Shown one piece after another: positions 1-9,204 of a stretch of 64,000 bases of DNA (positions are counted from its first letter, which is position 1; every line of letters starts with the position of its first letter). The stretch covers positions 1,344,001 through 1,408,000 of the forward strand of contig CAXXLL010000002.1 of NCBI GenBank assembly GCA_963662545.2, read 5' to 3'. Under the pieces are notes generated by a model. It saw only the letters and a program-made list of their open reading frames with translations. It did not search any database and had not been told where the DNA came from. Both the position numbers and the translations under genes were made by a program. This stretch comes from Gammaproteobacteria bacterium. GTDB taxonomy: Bacteria > Pseudomonadota > Gammaproteobacteria > Ga0077536.

Positions 1-12
1 GTCGTTTCGGAG

Positions 13-810
13 TTGCCGGCGGAAGGGCGCCCCAGGGTGATTTCACCGGAATGTCATGCGGCCGTCGCGAAACTGCGCGCGCTTGGTATCGAAGAGGCGA
101 CGCCTTTTCTATACCTGGCCGGGAAGAGCCCTTATTTGAATCTCTATTGCGAAACGCCTGCCTTTCTGGATCCAGAGGAACGGGCGACTTACGAGCCCGT
201 CATGTTCGTGGGTTCCGTATTGCCCGCTCCGGTTCCGGGTGTGGTACCGCAGTTCGGCGCGCAGCGCGTTTATCTGTCTTTCGGAACAGTCGTCTGGCGG
301 TATTATAGCGCCCAGGCGTTCGCTGCGATGGAGACGCTCGCGAGCGTTTTCGAGCACCTCGAGGTGGAGGCGATCTTCAGCCTCGGCGGCACGGCCATCG
401 GTAGCGACGCACTATCACGCCTCGTGCGTCCAAACGTTCGCGTCGAGAACTACGTCGACCAGTGGCGCGTCCTCAGCCAAACCGATGTCTTCGTGACCCA
501 CCACGGTCTCAATTCGACGCACGAGGCGATCTATCACGGCGTGCCGATGATCTCCTACCCTTTCTTTGCTGACCAACCCAAGCGCGCCGCGCGCTGTCAG
601 GCGCTCGGGCTCGCCGTGCCGCTGGTGACGACGCTGCGCGGATCAGTGCGGTCTGAGGATACACATGCGGCGTTGGAATGGGTTGCTTCCGGGGGGGCGG
701 ATCTCCGGAATCGGTTCGCCGAGGCGCAGGCATGGGAAGAGGAAGTCATCGCAACGCGGGACGCCGCGTTCGCGAAAATCGTGGCGCTCGGGGAGGCCTC
801 GCGTAAATGA
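13..810 (+). CDS. UDP-glycosyltransferase (MGT/GT1 family), probably 5'-truncated by the window edge
   Basis: YLSFGT motif and the UDPGT signature 'VDQWRVLSQTDVFVTHHGLNSTHEAIYHGVPMISYPFFADQ'. Confidence 0.85.
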   Translation: MPAEGRPRVISPECHAAVAKLRALGIEEATPFLYLAGKSPYLNLYCETPAFLDPEERATYEPVMFVGSVLPAPVPGVVPQFGAQRVYLSFGTVVWRYYSAQAFAAMETLASVFEHLEVEAIFSLGGTAIGSDALSRLVRPNVRVENYVDQWRVLSQTDVFVTHHGLNSTHEAIYHGVPMISYPFFADQPKRAARCQALGLAVPLVTTLRGSVRSEDTHAALEWVASGGADLRNRFAEAQAWEEEVIATRDAAFAKIVALGEASRK

Positions 811-886
811 ATGTCCGAGTTGCCGCGCTTGTGCCGAAATGCTCAGGCATGTTCTCATCACCGGTCCCCGTGCTTAAGTACGACCA

Positions 887-1591
887 TTGATGAGCGGCGC
901 GCTTATGGATCTGAACGCGTGGATCGCCCGGCTGTTCGAACACCCGGATCTGCAATACATGGGGCACAATCAGCGGATCGTGGATAAAAACCTCGGGCTT
1001 GGCTGGATTTATTACGGTCTCGCGCGGCTCCTCCACCCGGCTACCGCGGTCGTCATCGGATCGTACCGCGGTTTCGTACCCTTAATCATCGCAAAAGCAC
1101 TGCAAGACAACGGTGAGGGCGGTGAAGTCGTCTTCATCGACCCGTCACTGGTGGACGAATTCTGGCGGGACTCCGGCGCAGTACGGGAATATTTCGAATA
1201 CTTCGGTCTGGAAAGAGTCCGGCATTTTCTGATGACCACCCAGGAATTCGTGGAAACGGAGGAGTACCGTTCGCTCGATTCGGTGGGTCTGCTTTTCGTC
1301 GACGGCTATCACACCGAGGAGCAGGCGCGCTTCGATCACCAGGCGTTCGACGCGTTGCTCGCGCCGCGGGGCATCGTGCTCTTTCACGACAGCATGTTGG
1401 AATGTGAATCGAAAATTTACGGGCCCGAGCGCGTCTATCGCACGACGGTCAAGACTTACATCGACGAGCTCAAGCGGGATCCCGGTCTGCAATTGTTCGA
1501 TCTCCCGTTCGGCGCGGGATTAACGGTGCTTCGCAAGCTCGATGAGCACGCCTCGACGCCCTTGAACGAAGGCCTCAAACGGCGGCGGTGA
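887..1591 (+). CDS. Class I SAM-dependent methyltransferase (Methyltransf_24-like)
   Basis: VVIGSYRG, LLFVDGYHT and GIVLFHDS motifs. Confidence 0.8.
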   Translation: MMSGALMDLNAWIARLFEHPDLQYMGHNQRIVDKNLGLGWIYYGLARLLHPATAVVIGSYRGFVPLIIAKALQDNGEGGEVVFIDPSLVDEFWRDSGAVREYFEYFGLERVRHFLMTTQEFVETEEYRSLDSVGLLFVDGYHTEEQARFDHQAFDALLAPRGIVLFHDSMLECESKIYGPERVYRTTVKTYIDELKRDPGLQLFDLPFGAGLTVLRKLDEHASTPLNEGLKRRR

Positions 1592-1664
1592 GGAGATGGA
1601 AGATCGCGTGACCTCTATTCGCCGGCAAGCGGGCGAACACCGCGCTGATTTCAAATCGAGTCCA

Positions 1665-2543
1665 TTATTCGACATCGCCGTGCTGTTGGTCTTCGCGCCG
1701 TTGGGCTCGCGGCTTCCACTGGATGGTGAAGACCCGGTCGTCGCAGACGTCGATGCAGCGACCGCAGTTGGTGCAATCGCCGGACAGGATCAAGCGCGTT
1801 TCCCGACCGGTGCCGCGTAGCGCGGGCGTGATGACGTGGGGTTCCGGGCAGACGTCGAAACACTCGCCGCAATCAGTGCAGGCTTCGCGTTCCGTCGCTG
1901 CCACCCGCACGGGCGAGCTGGTACCGAGGAGGCTGTAAAAGGCACCAACGGGACACAGATGACCGCACCAGCCGCGGCGGCTGACGATCAAGTCGAACAC
2001 AAACACGGCGAGGACGATGGCCCAGCTCATACCAACGCCGAACACCAGCGCGCGTTGCACCATGGTCACCGGATTGACCAGTTCCCAGACGATGCTGCCG
2101 GTCAGGACGGAGGCTATCACCGTCATACCCAGCAACCAGAGCCTCAGCGACCGCGCCGGACGCCAGCCGGGTGGAATATGCAAGCGCTCGCGGCACCAGT
2201 AAGCGACATCGGTGATCACGTTGACCGGGCATACCCATGAGCAGTAAACACGGCCACCGATCAGCCAGTACCCGACGAAAACGATCGCCGACCCCAGCAG
2301 GGCCGTTTGCGCGACAAATCCCGACGCGGAGAAGGACTGCAAGGTGATATAAGGATCGCTCAAGGGAATGGTGTCGAACCAATGGCTCGACGCCAGATTG
2401 CCCTTGACCCACCAGATGTCGAACCAAGGCCCAAGCAGAAACAAACCGAGGATCGTGAATTGACTCACGCGGCGCACGATGAGCCAGCGGTGACGGTGCA
2501 AGAAGCTGCGCGGTCGTTGCCGCACTGGGGGGCGCGCAGACAT
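1665..2543 (-). CDS. napH: Quinol dehydrogenase membrane ferredoxin subunit NapH (NapH/MauN family)
   Basis: GRVYCSWVCP and RGWCGHLCP motifs, TM helices, two C-terminal CxxCxxCxxxC clusters. Confidence 0.88.
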   Translation of the reverse strand: MSARPPVRQRPRSFLHRHRWLIVRRVSQFTILGLFLLGPWFDIWWVKGNLASSHWFDTIPLSDPYITLQSFSASGFVAQTALLGSAIVFVGYWLIGGRVYCSWVCPVNVITDVAYWCRERLHIPPGWRPARSLRLWLLGMTVIASVLTGSIVWELVNPVTMVQRALVFGVGMSWAIVLAVFVFDLIVSRRGWCGHLCPVGAFYSLLGTSSPVRVAATEREACTDCGECFDVCPEPHVITPALRGTGRETRLILSGDCTNCGRCIDVCDDRVFTIQWKPRAQRREDQQHGDVE

Positions 2544-2562
2544 CTCGGGCTAAGCGTCCTTA

Positions 2563-3285
2563 TCAGGCGATGTCTAGACCCACGTCATGCCGGATCAGAT
2601 CGCGCGGCAGGACTTTGATAGCAGCTTCCGGCAGGATGCAATTCTTTTCACATTTGCCGCAACCCGTGCAATGTTCACGGTGCACCGTGGGCTCGAAATA
2701 GATGCGCCCGTCCTCCTGCTTAATTTCCATGGTGATGGCCTCGTCTCTGATCGGGCAGGCGAGGTAGCAGGCCTGACAGTGGCCGATGCCGGTGATGCTG
2801 AAACAGGTATCCGTGCCGGTCACGACGGCCACCCCCATATCGGCGTCGCGAATGTCGGTCAGATCTTTGCTCAAGGCGTCCGTCGGGCAGGCCGCGGTAC
2901 AGGGGATGTCTTCACACATCTCGCACGGAATATCGCGCGCGACGAAGTAGGGCGTGCCGGTGGCGAGCGGCTCACCGAAGCGCGCAAGACGGAGTGTATC
3001 GTAGGGACAAGCGCGTACGCACAAGCCGCAGCGCACACAGGCGCCCAGAAACTCCTCTTCGTCGATGGCGCCCGGCGGGCGGATGGCGGCCACTGGGTTT
3101 GCTTCAACCTGCTTGTTATAGGCACCGAGCAGGAAGCCGACCAGGCTGACGGAGCCCGCCGCCTGAATTGAACGCGTCATGAACAGGCGGCGGTCTTCCG
3201 AATACTTAGGCGTCTTTCCCGTGTCGTCGTGTGTCACGAGCTTAACCCTAGCACATCGTCCACGTACCTTCTCAATGCATGTCAT
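2563..3285 (-). CDS. napG: Ferredoxin-type protein NapG (NapG/MauM family)
   Basis: Tat-like DRRLF; IRPPGA...ACVRCGLCVRACPY; PCEMCEDIPC; four Fe-S motifs. Confidence 0.88.
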   Translation of the reverse strand: MTCIEKVRGRCARVKLVTHDDTGKTPKYSEDRRLFMTRSIQAAGSVSLVGFLLGAYNKQVEANPVAAIRPPGAIDEEEFLGACVRCGLCVRACPYDTLRLARFGEPLATGTPYFVARDIPCEMCEDIPCTAACPTDALSKDLTDIRDADMGVAVVTGTDTCFSITGIGHCQACYLACPIRDEAITMEIKQEDGRIYFEPTVHREHCTGCGKCEKNCILPEAAIKVLPRDLIRHDVGLDIA

Positions 3286-3374
3286 CGGCCAGAAGTACCG
3301 GAAGCCGGGGCAATTTGTGCGTAGCGTAAGATGATGCTGATCGACAGGCCGATCGTGTTAATTGATTCAATTTC

Positions 3375-3884
3375 ATGGTGACCGGATCTAAGGAGTCGAC
3401 GACGAACCGCCGGAGATTTGCGGGAATGACGAGTATTGCGCTCGTGATATGCATGATTGCGGGTTCATCGTTTGCTACCGAGCAATCGCCGGAAGGGATT
3501 TTTCTGCAGAACCTGATCGGAACCTGGCGGGGACAAGCCACTCGCACGCCTGTGGGGCCGGCTCCCTACGACATCACGTTTGCGCGAATCGAAAGCGGCG
3601 CCGTAGCAGGTACCGCCGATCCTGGAGCGGCGCTGCATCACTGGAGGTTCTTCATCACGAACGGACATTTGCGGCTGCGCTTTCTCTCGACGTTTCGCGG
3701 CAACACGAATCCGACCTGGCTATATACCGAGGAGGTCTCATCCGTCGGCGCGTTTTTTCGCGGGCGGGATTTGGACCACCTCACCGTCAACATTGAATTG
3801 AATGTGAACGAACTTCGAATCGATATCTTTCTGCACGACGCGCCGCACGTGTCCATTAGTCTCGTTCCTGCCGGCGCTGGTTGA
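3375..3884 (+). CDS. Hypothetical secreted protein
   Basis: Signal-peptide-like N-terminus followed by 'LIGTWRG' beta-barrel-like start. Confidence 0.55.
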   Translation: MVTGSKESTTNRRRFAGMTSIALVICMIAGSSFATEQSPEGIFLQNLIGTWRGQATRTPVGPAPYDITFARIESGAVAGTADPGAALHHWRFFITNGHLRLRFLSTFRGNTNPTWLYTEEVSSVGAFFRGRDLDHLTVNIELNVNELRIDIFLHDAPHVSISLVPAGAG

Positions 3885-4175
3885 GTACACCGGGGCCGCT
3901 GGGTCTCGCAGCAGTTTTGAGCGGTGCGTTAAGTAGACGTTCGTCCCACCGACACCTTTAGCCATACCCCCGCCATCAATTAGGCTAATACCCAATGACG
4001 GGGCCGCTACCTGTACTATCCGAAGATAGACCCCAGATTTCAGACGAAAGAGCCCGACTATTCCATCCAAAACCAATTAAACGCATTCGCCGCTACCTCG
4101 GTCTATCAATCCAATATCGAAGCGGGTATTTTGGTCGCTGAAGGGGGGAGGGATCAGACAAGGTCGCCAGTACCG

Positions 4176-4496
4176 ATGAATTACGTGCTAATCATCGCAT
4201 TCGCGGCCTTCGTTACGTTCGTTACCACGCCATCCGCCGTCGCGCAGGGTGCAGGCTACGAATGGAGCAATCTTAATCGTCAGGCCATCGGCCTTCATCA
4301 GGCTGGAAAATATGACCTCGCCGAAGCTTTCGCTAAGAAGGCCCTCGATTTAGCCGAGCGGAACGTAGGTCCTGGGCATAAAGATGTGGCCACAAGCCTC
4401 GAAAGTTTGGCGGCCGTGTATCGCGCTATGGAACGGCACGAAGAAGCCGAAACATTGGAGGAGCGAGCGGCTGATATCCGAGGAATACAACGATGA
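4176..4496 (+). CDS. Small secreted tetratricopeptide-repeat protein
   Basis: Signal peptide; TPR_12-like 'GKYDLAEAFAKKALDLAERNVGPGHKDVATSLESLAAVY'. Confidence 0.75.
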   Translation: MNYVLIIAFAAFVTFVTTPSAVAQGAGYEWSNLNRQAIGLHQAGKYDLAEAFAKKALDLAERNVGPGHKDVATSLESLAAVYRAMERHEEAETLEERAADIRGIQR

Positions 4497-4621
4497 AGCA
4501 AACAGCCTGTTTGCCTCACTAAACTCGCCACAGTTTGCTCAGCGAATTAAAACCGTCACCATCTTACGCGGCCAAGAACCAAACCGGCAGTCCGGCTGAC
4601 ATTTGCGTTATTAGGCGTTAA

Positions 4622-4640
4622 AAGAAAGGCCGCCTTTCTT
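4622..4640. terminator. Palindrome between convergent genes, possible terminator
   Basis: aagaaaggc-c-gcctttctt. Confidence 0.35.
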
Positions 4641-4663
4641 GAAGCGATACCGTGGCGGTGTTG

Positions 4664-5821
4664 TTAAACTGCATTACGCTTTCGGAACAAGCCCAAGCCT
4701 GCAACGGCCATTCCCAATAGGGCGAGGCTGGGGGGTAAGGGAACAACGGCGCTGGCGTCCACGATGTACAGTCCTCCGTCCAGGTCACTCAGGAGCACTC
4801 GGTCCAGCCCGAGGAACGGGTAGACGCCCCAATTGCCGTCGAGGCCGGAGACCGCACCCGGGAACGTGTCGTACTCCCCGAGATGAAGCGGGTCCATTGG
4901 GTCGGAGATGTCAAAGACCTGGAGACCGGCCTGATACCAGGATACGAACAAGAGATCGCCCACGATCACCGGGTTGTGGGGGGAAAATGCATCAATGCCG
5001 AGTTCAGTTGCGGTTAACGAGGACAGTAACGACGGTGCGCTCGGATCGGAGATGTCGAAGATCCGAACGTCGCCACCATTCAATTCTCGGGCACTGACCA
5101 GGGTGTTGCCATCCGCGGTGACCCAGTTGCTGTGTGAATTCGAGCCCGAGCTCACCGTGCCCAGCAGGTCGGCGGTTCCGTTGGCGATATCCGAGCTGTC
5201 ATAGATGTCCGTGGTTCCCCCGAATCCTGAGGTAAACAGTCGGTCGTTGACGACGGTTATGTCGTGTATGAAGTTCGGATCGGTCGTGATGATGTTACGC
5301 ACGAACAGTGGCGTCGACGGCGTGCGGACGTCGAACACCTTGACCACATTGGTTCCACTGGCCGCCTCATAGAGGAATCCGCTGTCAACGAAGAGGTTGT
5401 GCACGTTGTTATAACCACTTTCCGTCGACGTCACCGACGCGACCAGGCTCGGAGCAGCGGGCGTCGACAGGTTCACAATATGGACGCCGCCGCCGTTGTC
5501 GCTACCGAAATACCCGATGCCGTTCTCGATCTTGATGTCCTTGAACTGCCCTCCGCTGGCCGGGTTGTAATGGCTCGCGAGAAACGGCGCGCCCGGATTC
5601 GAAATGTCGATGATCCCAACGCCGGAACCCCCTGACGAGCCGATGTAGGCGTAGTCGCCGGCCCCCCAGATATCGCCATAGCGATTGTTTCCGGCGAACG
5701 GATCAAGCTGGCCGACAAGGTTGAACTGGAGCGTTGCCCCGACCGGCAGCGATAATGTCCATCCCAGCATCAATGCTAGAAACCCGAAACGGAGCATGTA
5801 ATTTATCGTGTTCTTCATCAT
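4664..5821 (-). CDS. LVIVD-repeat (choice-of-anchor B-like) protein with a PEP-CTERM-type (VPLP) sorting tail
   Basis: Signal peptide; repeated 'GxxIxDISxPxAP' units; C-terminus VPLPPSLALLGMAVAGLGLFRKR (motif, TM helix, basic tail). Confidence 0.85.
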   Translation of the reverse strand: MMKNTINYMLRFGFLALMLGWTLSLPVGATLQFNLVGQLDPFAGNNRYGDIWGAGDYAYIGSSGGSGVGIIDISNPGAPFLASHYNPASGGQFKDIKIENGIGYFGSDNGGGVHIVNLSTPAAPSLVASVTSTESGYNNVHNLFVDSGFLYEAASGTNVVKVFDVRTPSTPLFVRNIITTDPNFIHDITVVNDRLFTSGFGGTTDIYDSSDIANGTADLLGTVSSGSNSHSNWVTADGNTLVSARELNGGDVRIFDISDPSAPSLLSSLTATELGIDAFSPHNPVIVGDLLFVSWYQAGLQVFDISDPMDPLHLGEYDTFPGAVSGLDGNWGVYPFLGLDRVLLSDLDGGLYIVDASAVVPLPPSLALLGMAVAGLGLFRKRNAV

Positions 5822-6117
5822 CGCCTCAAACGATAAAACCGAATTGGCTCAATCGACTAGCAATGTGGATATCGGGGACGAACCACGTTTTAAGCTCTAA
5901 TGACATGTGCGTTTTTGAATACGCAAGCAAGGTAGATCGGCTCAAATGAGACTCTTCTCCAATCTACATACAATCTGGGTGAAAGTCTGGTTTGATCCCG
6001 CTTTTCGGAATTATGTGTGGGCGCGTTTTCGGCCGGAAAATCGGAAAATCGCACACAGCCCAGCCGCCATTAGCGGCAACCCGGCTGGCAAAGAAAAGAG
6101 AAAAGAGGAAAGGTGTC

Positions 6118-6200
6118 AAGAAAAGAGAAAAGGTGTCAGGTTTATTTACATCCGTTCGCTATCTACCGAAAAAAATAAACCTGACATCTTTTTTTTCGTA
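6118..6200. repeat. REP-like palindromic repeat, copy 1
   Basis: Arms aaaaggtgtcaggtttattt (6128-6147) and aaataaacctgacatctttt (6173-6192); loop contains ccgttcgctatctaccgaa. Confidence 0.8.
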
Positions 6201-6297
6201 CAGGCCAATACCGAAAGGCGTAAACCCGTCCTATCAGTGGTATTCGTTGGTGCGCGCCTCATTGCCAAGCAACTTCAAATCCGGCGCTCAACTTTAT
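6199..6297 (+). repeat. 99-bp inverted copy of the IS4 transposase 3' region (6401-6499)
   Basis: Reverse complement of 6401-6499 with 3 substitutions; encodes QANTERRKPVLSVVFVGARLIAKQLQIRRSTL. Confidence 0.95.
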
Positions 6298-6321
6298 AAG
6301 AAAAGGAGAAAAGGTGTCAGG

Positions 6322-7661
6322 CTGAGGGATCCCCACAAATTCGACTAGCAAAATTCAAGTTGCACAATGGCGCGTGCCTGTAGATCCCGGAGCGCCTGTA
6401 ATAAAGTTGAGCGCTGGATTTGAAGTTGCTTGGCAATGAGGCGCGCACCAACGAACACCACTGATAGGACGGGTTTACGTCTTTCGGTATTGGCCTGTAA
6501 ACCTTTCACTAAACCTGTTTGGTAACCGACCAAGCCGACCAACCATTGGGCCAGTGTGGCCAATGCGCACAGCAAGAGTAAGTTCGCCACTCTCTCGGGA
6601 TCACGTCCCATGTTTTCTCTAAGTGCAAAGCCGTAACGGGGCGACTTCATGTCGCGGAAGCTCTCTTCAATCTGCATGCGGCGACGATACACGGCAACTA
6701 CCCGATGCGCACTACGAAGGTTGTCCGGCAGATTGCTGGCCAATAACCACGGCTCACGCGCCGCTGCCGACGGTTTCTCGGTATTGCGAGCCCGCGCCGG
6801 TTTGCCGTAAGCCGTATAGCAGACACGCCCGCGTTTCTTACCTTTGTAAACGAATAAATGGGTGTCCAGCGGATTACTTTTCGTGATCAAAAAACGACCC
6901 AGTGACTTCGGACGAGCATTGGCTTGGCCGTAGAGCACTTTGTTCGAATGCCATGCCGCCTCATCCATACCTCGCACGAGGTGACGATGACGGATGCGAC
7001 CCACGTAATACCATCCCATTGAGGCCACAAGACTCAACCAGGGCGTCCGAAATCCTGCATCACTGACCAAGATCGGACAACAGCCCGCAGGCAGAATGGC
7101 CTTCAGTCGCTTCAGAAAGCGTTTCTCCGCTTTGACACTCGCGTAATGGTGTTCGACTTCTTCATACACGGGGATGGCTCGACCACCGACCGCTAAGGCC
7201 GCCCGCAATACATAGAGCTCTTGACGTTGATCCAGATTAGACCAATCCACCAACACCACCGGATGCGCACAGTCCGATACCAATAACCGAGCTATCCATT
7301 GATACCACTGCAAACGCTCACCACCGAGCTGACGATTACCCAGCAAGCGATCGACGCGCTTAATCGCGTGTTTCTCGCTCGTGCCACTGTCTATGCTCCG
7401 ACCGATATGCGTCAGCCACAAACGTCGGCCCCGAAGTAAACCGCCGACCGCCGCCCAAACCGAGAGTCGACGACCCAAATGCACACCGTATAGCGCTTCG
7501 CTGCTCATTTCATGTAACAATTTCAATACCTGCATGGCTCACCTCGTCGTTCACAGATTGTCTTGCAACAACTGAGATCAACTCGAGCCATGCAGGTTCC
7601 ACGAACCCACAAATCAATCTATCGCTTTGTATTTCGTTGGGGTTTTATGGGGATTCCTCAG
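6322..7661 (-). mobile_element. IS4-family (IS10-like) insertion sequence, 1340 bp
   Basis: Ends ctgagggatcccca / tggggattcctcag resemble IS10 IRs; 9-bp target duplication ggtgtcagg at 6313-6321 and 7662-7670. Confidence 0.93.
6345..7535 (-). CDS. IS4-family DDE transposase
   Basis: KHAIKRVDRLLGN, VLVDWS, ILVSDAGF and YRRRMQIEESFRDMKS (YREK-type) motifs. Confidence 0.95.
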   Translation of the reverse strand: MQVLKLLHEMSSEALYGVHLGRRLSVWAAVGGLLRGRRLWLTHIGRSIDSGTSEKHAIKRVDRLLGNRQLGGERLQWYQWIARLLVSDCAHPVVLVDWSNLDQRQELYVLRAALAVGGRAIPVYEEVEHHYASVKAEKRFLKRLKAILPAGCCPILVSDAGFRTPWLSLVASMGWYYVGRIRHRHLVRGMDEAAWHSNKVLYGQANARPKSLGRFLITKSNPLDTHLFVYKGKKRGRVCYTAYGKPARARNTEKPSAAAREPWLLASNLPDNLRSAHRVVAVYRRRMQIEESFRDMKSPRYGFALRENMGRDPERVANLLLLCALATLAQWLVGLVGYQTGLVKGLQANTERRKPVLSVVFVGARLIAKQLQIQRSTLLQALRDLQARAIVQLEFC

Positions 7662-7775
7662 GGTGTCAGGTTTATTTAGAGCCGTTCGCTATCTACCGAA
7701 TAAATAAACCGGACACCTTTTTTCGTAGCTCGCGTGCGTGCCAACGCCAGCACGGAGGACGGCGGGGAATCGCTT

Positions 7776-9204
7776 CTAAACGGCCGTCCGCGCGATCTCG
7801 CTGACAATACGTTCGAGATGCCTTAGAGATCGGCAGGGTTCCACCCGATCGCAACACGCGCTGAGCTTCCGCATCTCGGAATCCCCCGTATTCCAGAACG
7901 ATCTGGGCTCGGGGTTCAGCCACAGGACGCGGCGCGCCCGTGCGTGAATGCGCCGCAGCGAGTGATCACCGGGGTCGCCGTAGTTGGAACGGCCGTCTCC
8001 TAGGATCAATACCGTTGTGCGGTGATCGATATCATGTAGGGTCAGGCGCTCGAGTTCAGCCAGGGCACCGCCGTAATCGGTCGATCCCTGGCCGTATTGC
8101 TTGAGCGTCTGCGCCAGCGCGACCTCGATCGACTGCGCCTCGAATAGTTCAGTGACTTCGCCAAGCTGATTCGAGAACGCAAATGCGCGTACCTTGGGGA
8201 TCACCTCGGTGATGCTGTAAAGGAACATCAGCAGGAAGCGCGCGACGGACGCGACCGATCCGGAAACGTCGCAGACGGCGATCACTTTGGGTCGATCGAC
8301 CCGGATTCGTTTCCACACCGTGTCGAACAGCAGGCCGTCGTATTCGATGTTGCGCCGAATGGTATGACGTACGTCCAGTTGTCCGCGGCGTGCGACGCGG
8401 CGCCGTCGTGAATGCAGTGCGATGAGGCGCTTTGCCAGCTTACGTACGAGCTCCTGCATGACCTTGAAATCACGCATTTCGACTCGGGCGAGAGGGGTCT
8501 TGTGGAGTATCTCTTCGCGCAGACGCGGCCAGGCATTGGCCGCGTACATCAGCATTTGTCGATCGACGATCTGGCTTACGTCTTCGACGAGACGCGCCTT
8601 GAGTAAACGTAGTCGTTCGAGTCGCTCGTCGCCGGAATCATCCGCGCGCGCGAGTTCGAACAAGCGGTCTTCGACTTGCCCGATCCCCATGTTTTCGAGC
8701 ATCCGGCGCATGTACATGCCGCGCTGCGTGAACATCCGGATGTTCTGAAGCTCGACCTTGCGCGCCGCATTGGCCATCATCTGCTGCAGGGCTGTGGCAT
8801 CATTCTGTTCGAGCACTTGCAGCAGGCCGCCGCCATTACCGCCTGCCGTAATGCCGCCGCCGTCCCGCTCTTCATCCGCGGCAAGGACAGGAGTTACATC
8901 AAAGGCCAGCGATATACCTTGCTCTCGCGTTCGGTGGACCCTTATCTTTATCGAACCGTTCAGCCCCGTGGTCGCGCCCGCCGCCGACATTTTCGAATGT
9001 GAAAAATCTATCGAAACACTGGCGGAAGCGTGTCTTGTCGTCTCGCGTTTTAGCTAATACCTGGGACAGGGCTTCTTTGAGCAGCTTGCGATCGTTGAAT
9101 CCGACGGCCTCGAAGGTTGCCGCGGCATCGATGGTTTCGGCGGTCGACACCCTCACGTCGGCCGCTCGCAGGGCGCGAATGAAATGACTGAGTACTTGGG
9201 TCAC
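7776..9204 (-). pseudogene. VWA-domain CoxE-like protein, frameshifted (N-terminal part 8899-9204, C-terminal part 7776-8990)
   Basis: 'FIRALRAADVRVSTAETIDA' and 'VCDVSGSV...LILGDGRSN...WLNPEP' lie in different frames; overlaps the MoxR stop. Confidence 0.8.

Larger units (their letters stand above)
6298..7727. repeat. REP-like palindromic repeat, copy 2, split by the IS4 element
   Basis: aagaaaaggagaaaaggtgtcagg|IS|ggtgtcaggtttattt...ccgttcgctatctaccgaa..aaataaaccggacaccttttttcgta. Confidence 0.8.

Noticed and set aside
3885-4175. Lower-GC intergenic stretch as an ncRNA
   Set aside because: No convincing structure, repeat or known motif could be identified by eye.
5946-6348. ORFs 5946-6299 and 5992-6348
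   Set aside because: They are translations of the palindromic repeat and the transposase fragment, not plausible genes.
6118-7727. Calling the repeat-spacer-repeat unit a CRISPR array
   Set aside because: Only two repeats, ~83 bp long, with a ~97-bp spacer and no cas genes; outside CRISPR dimensions.
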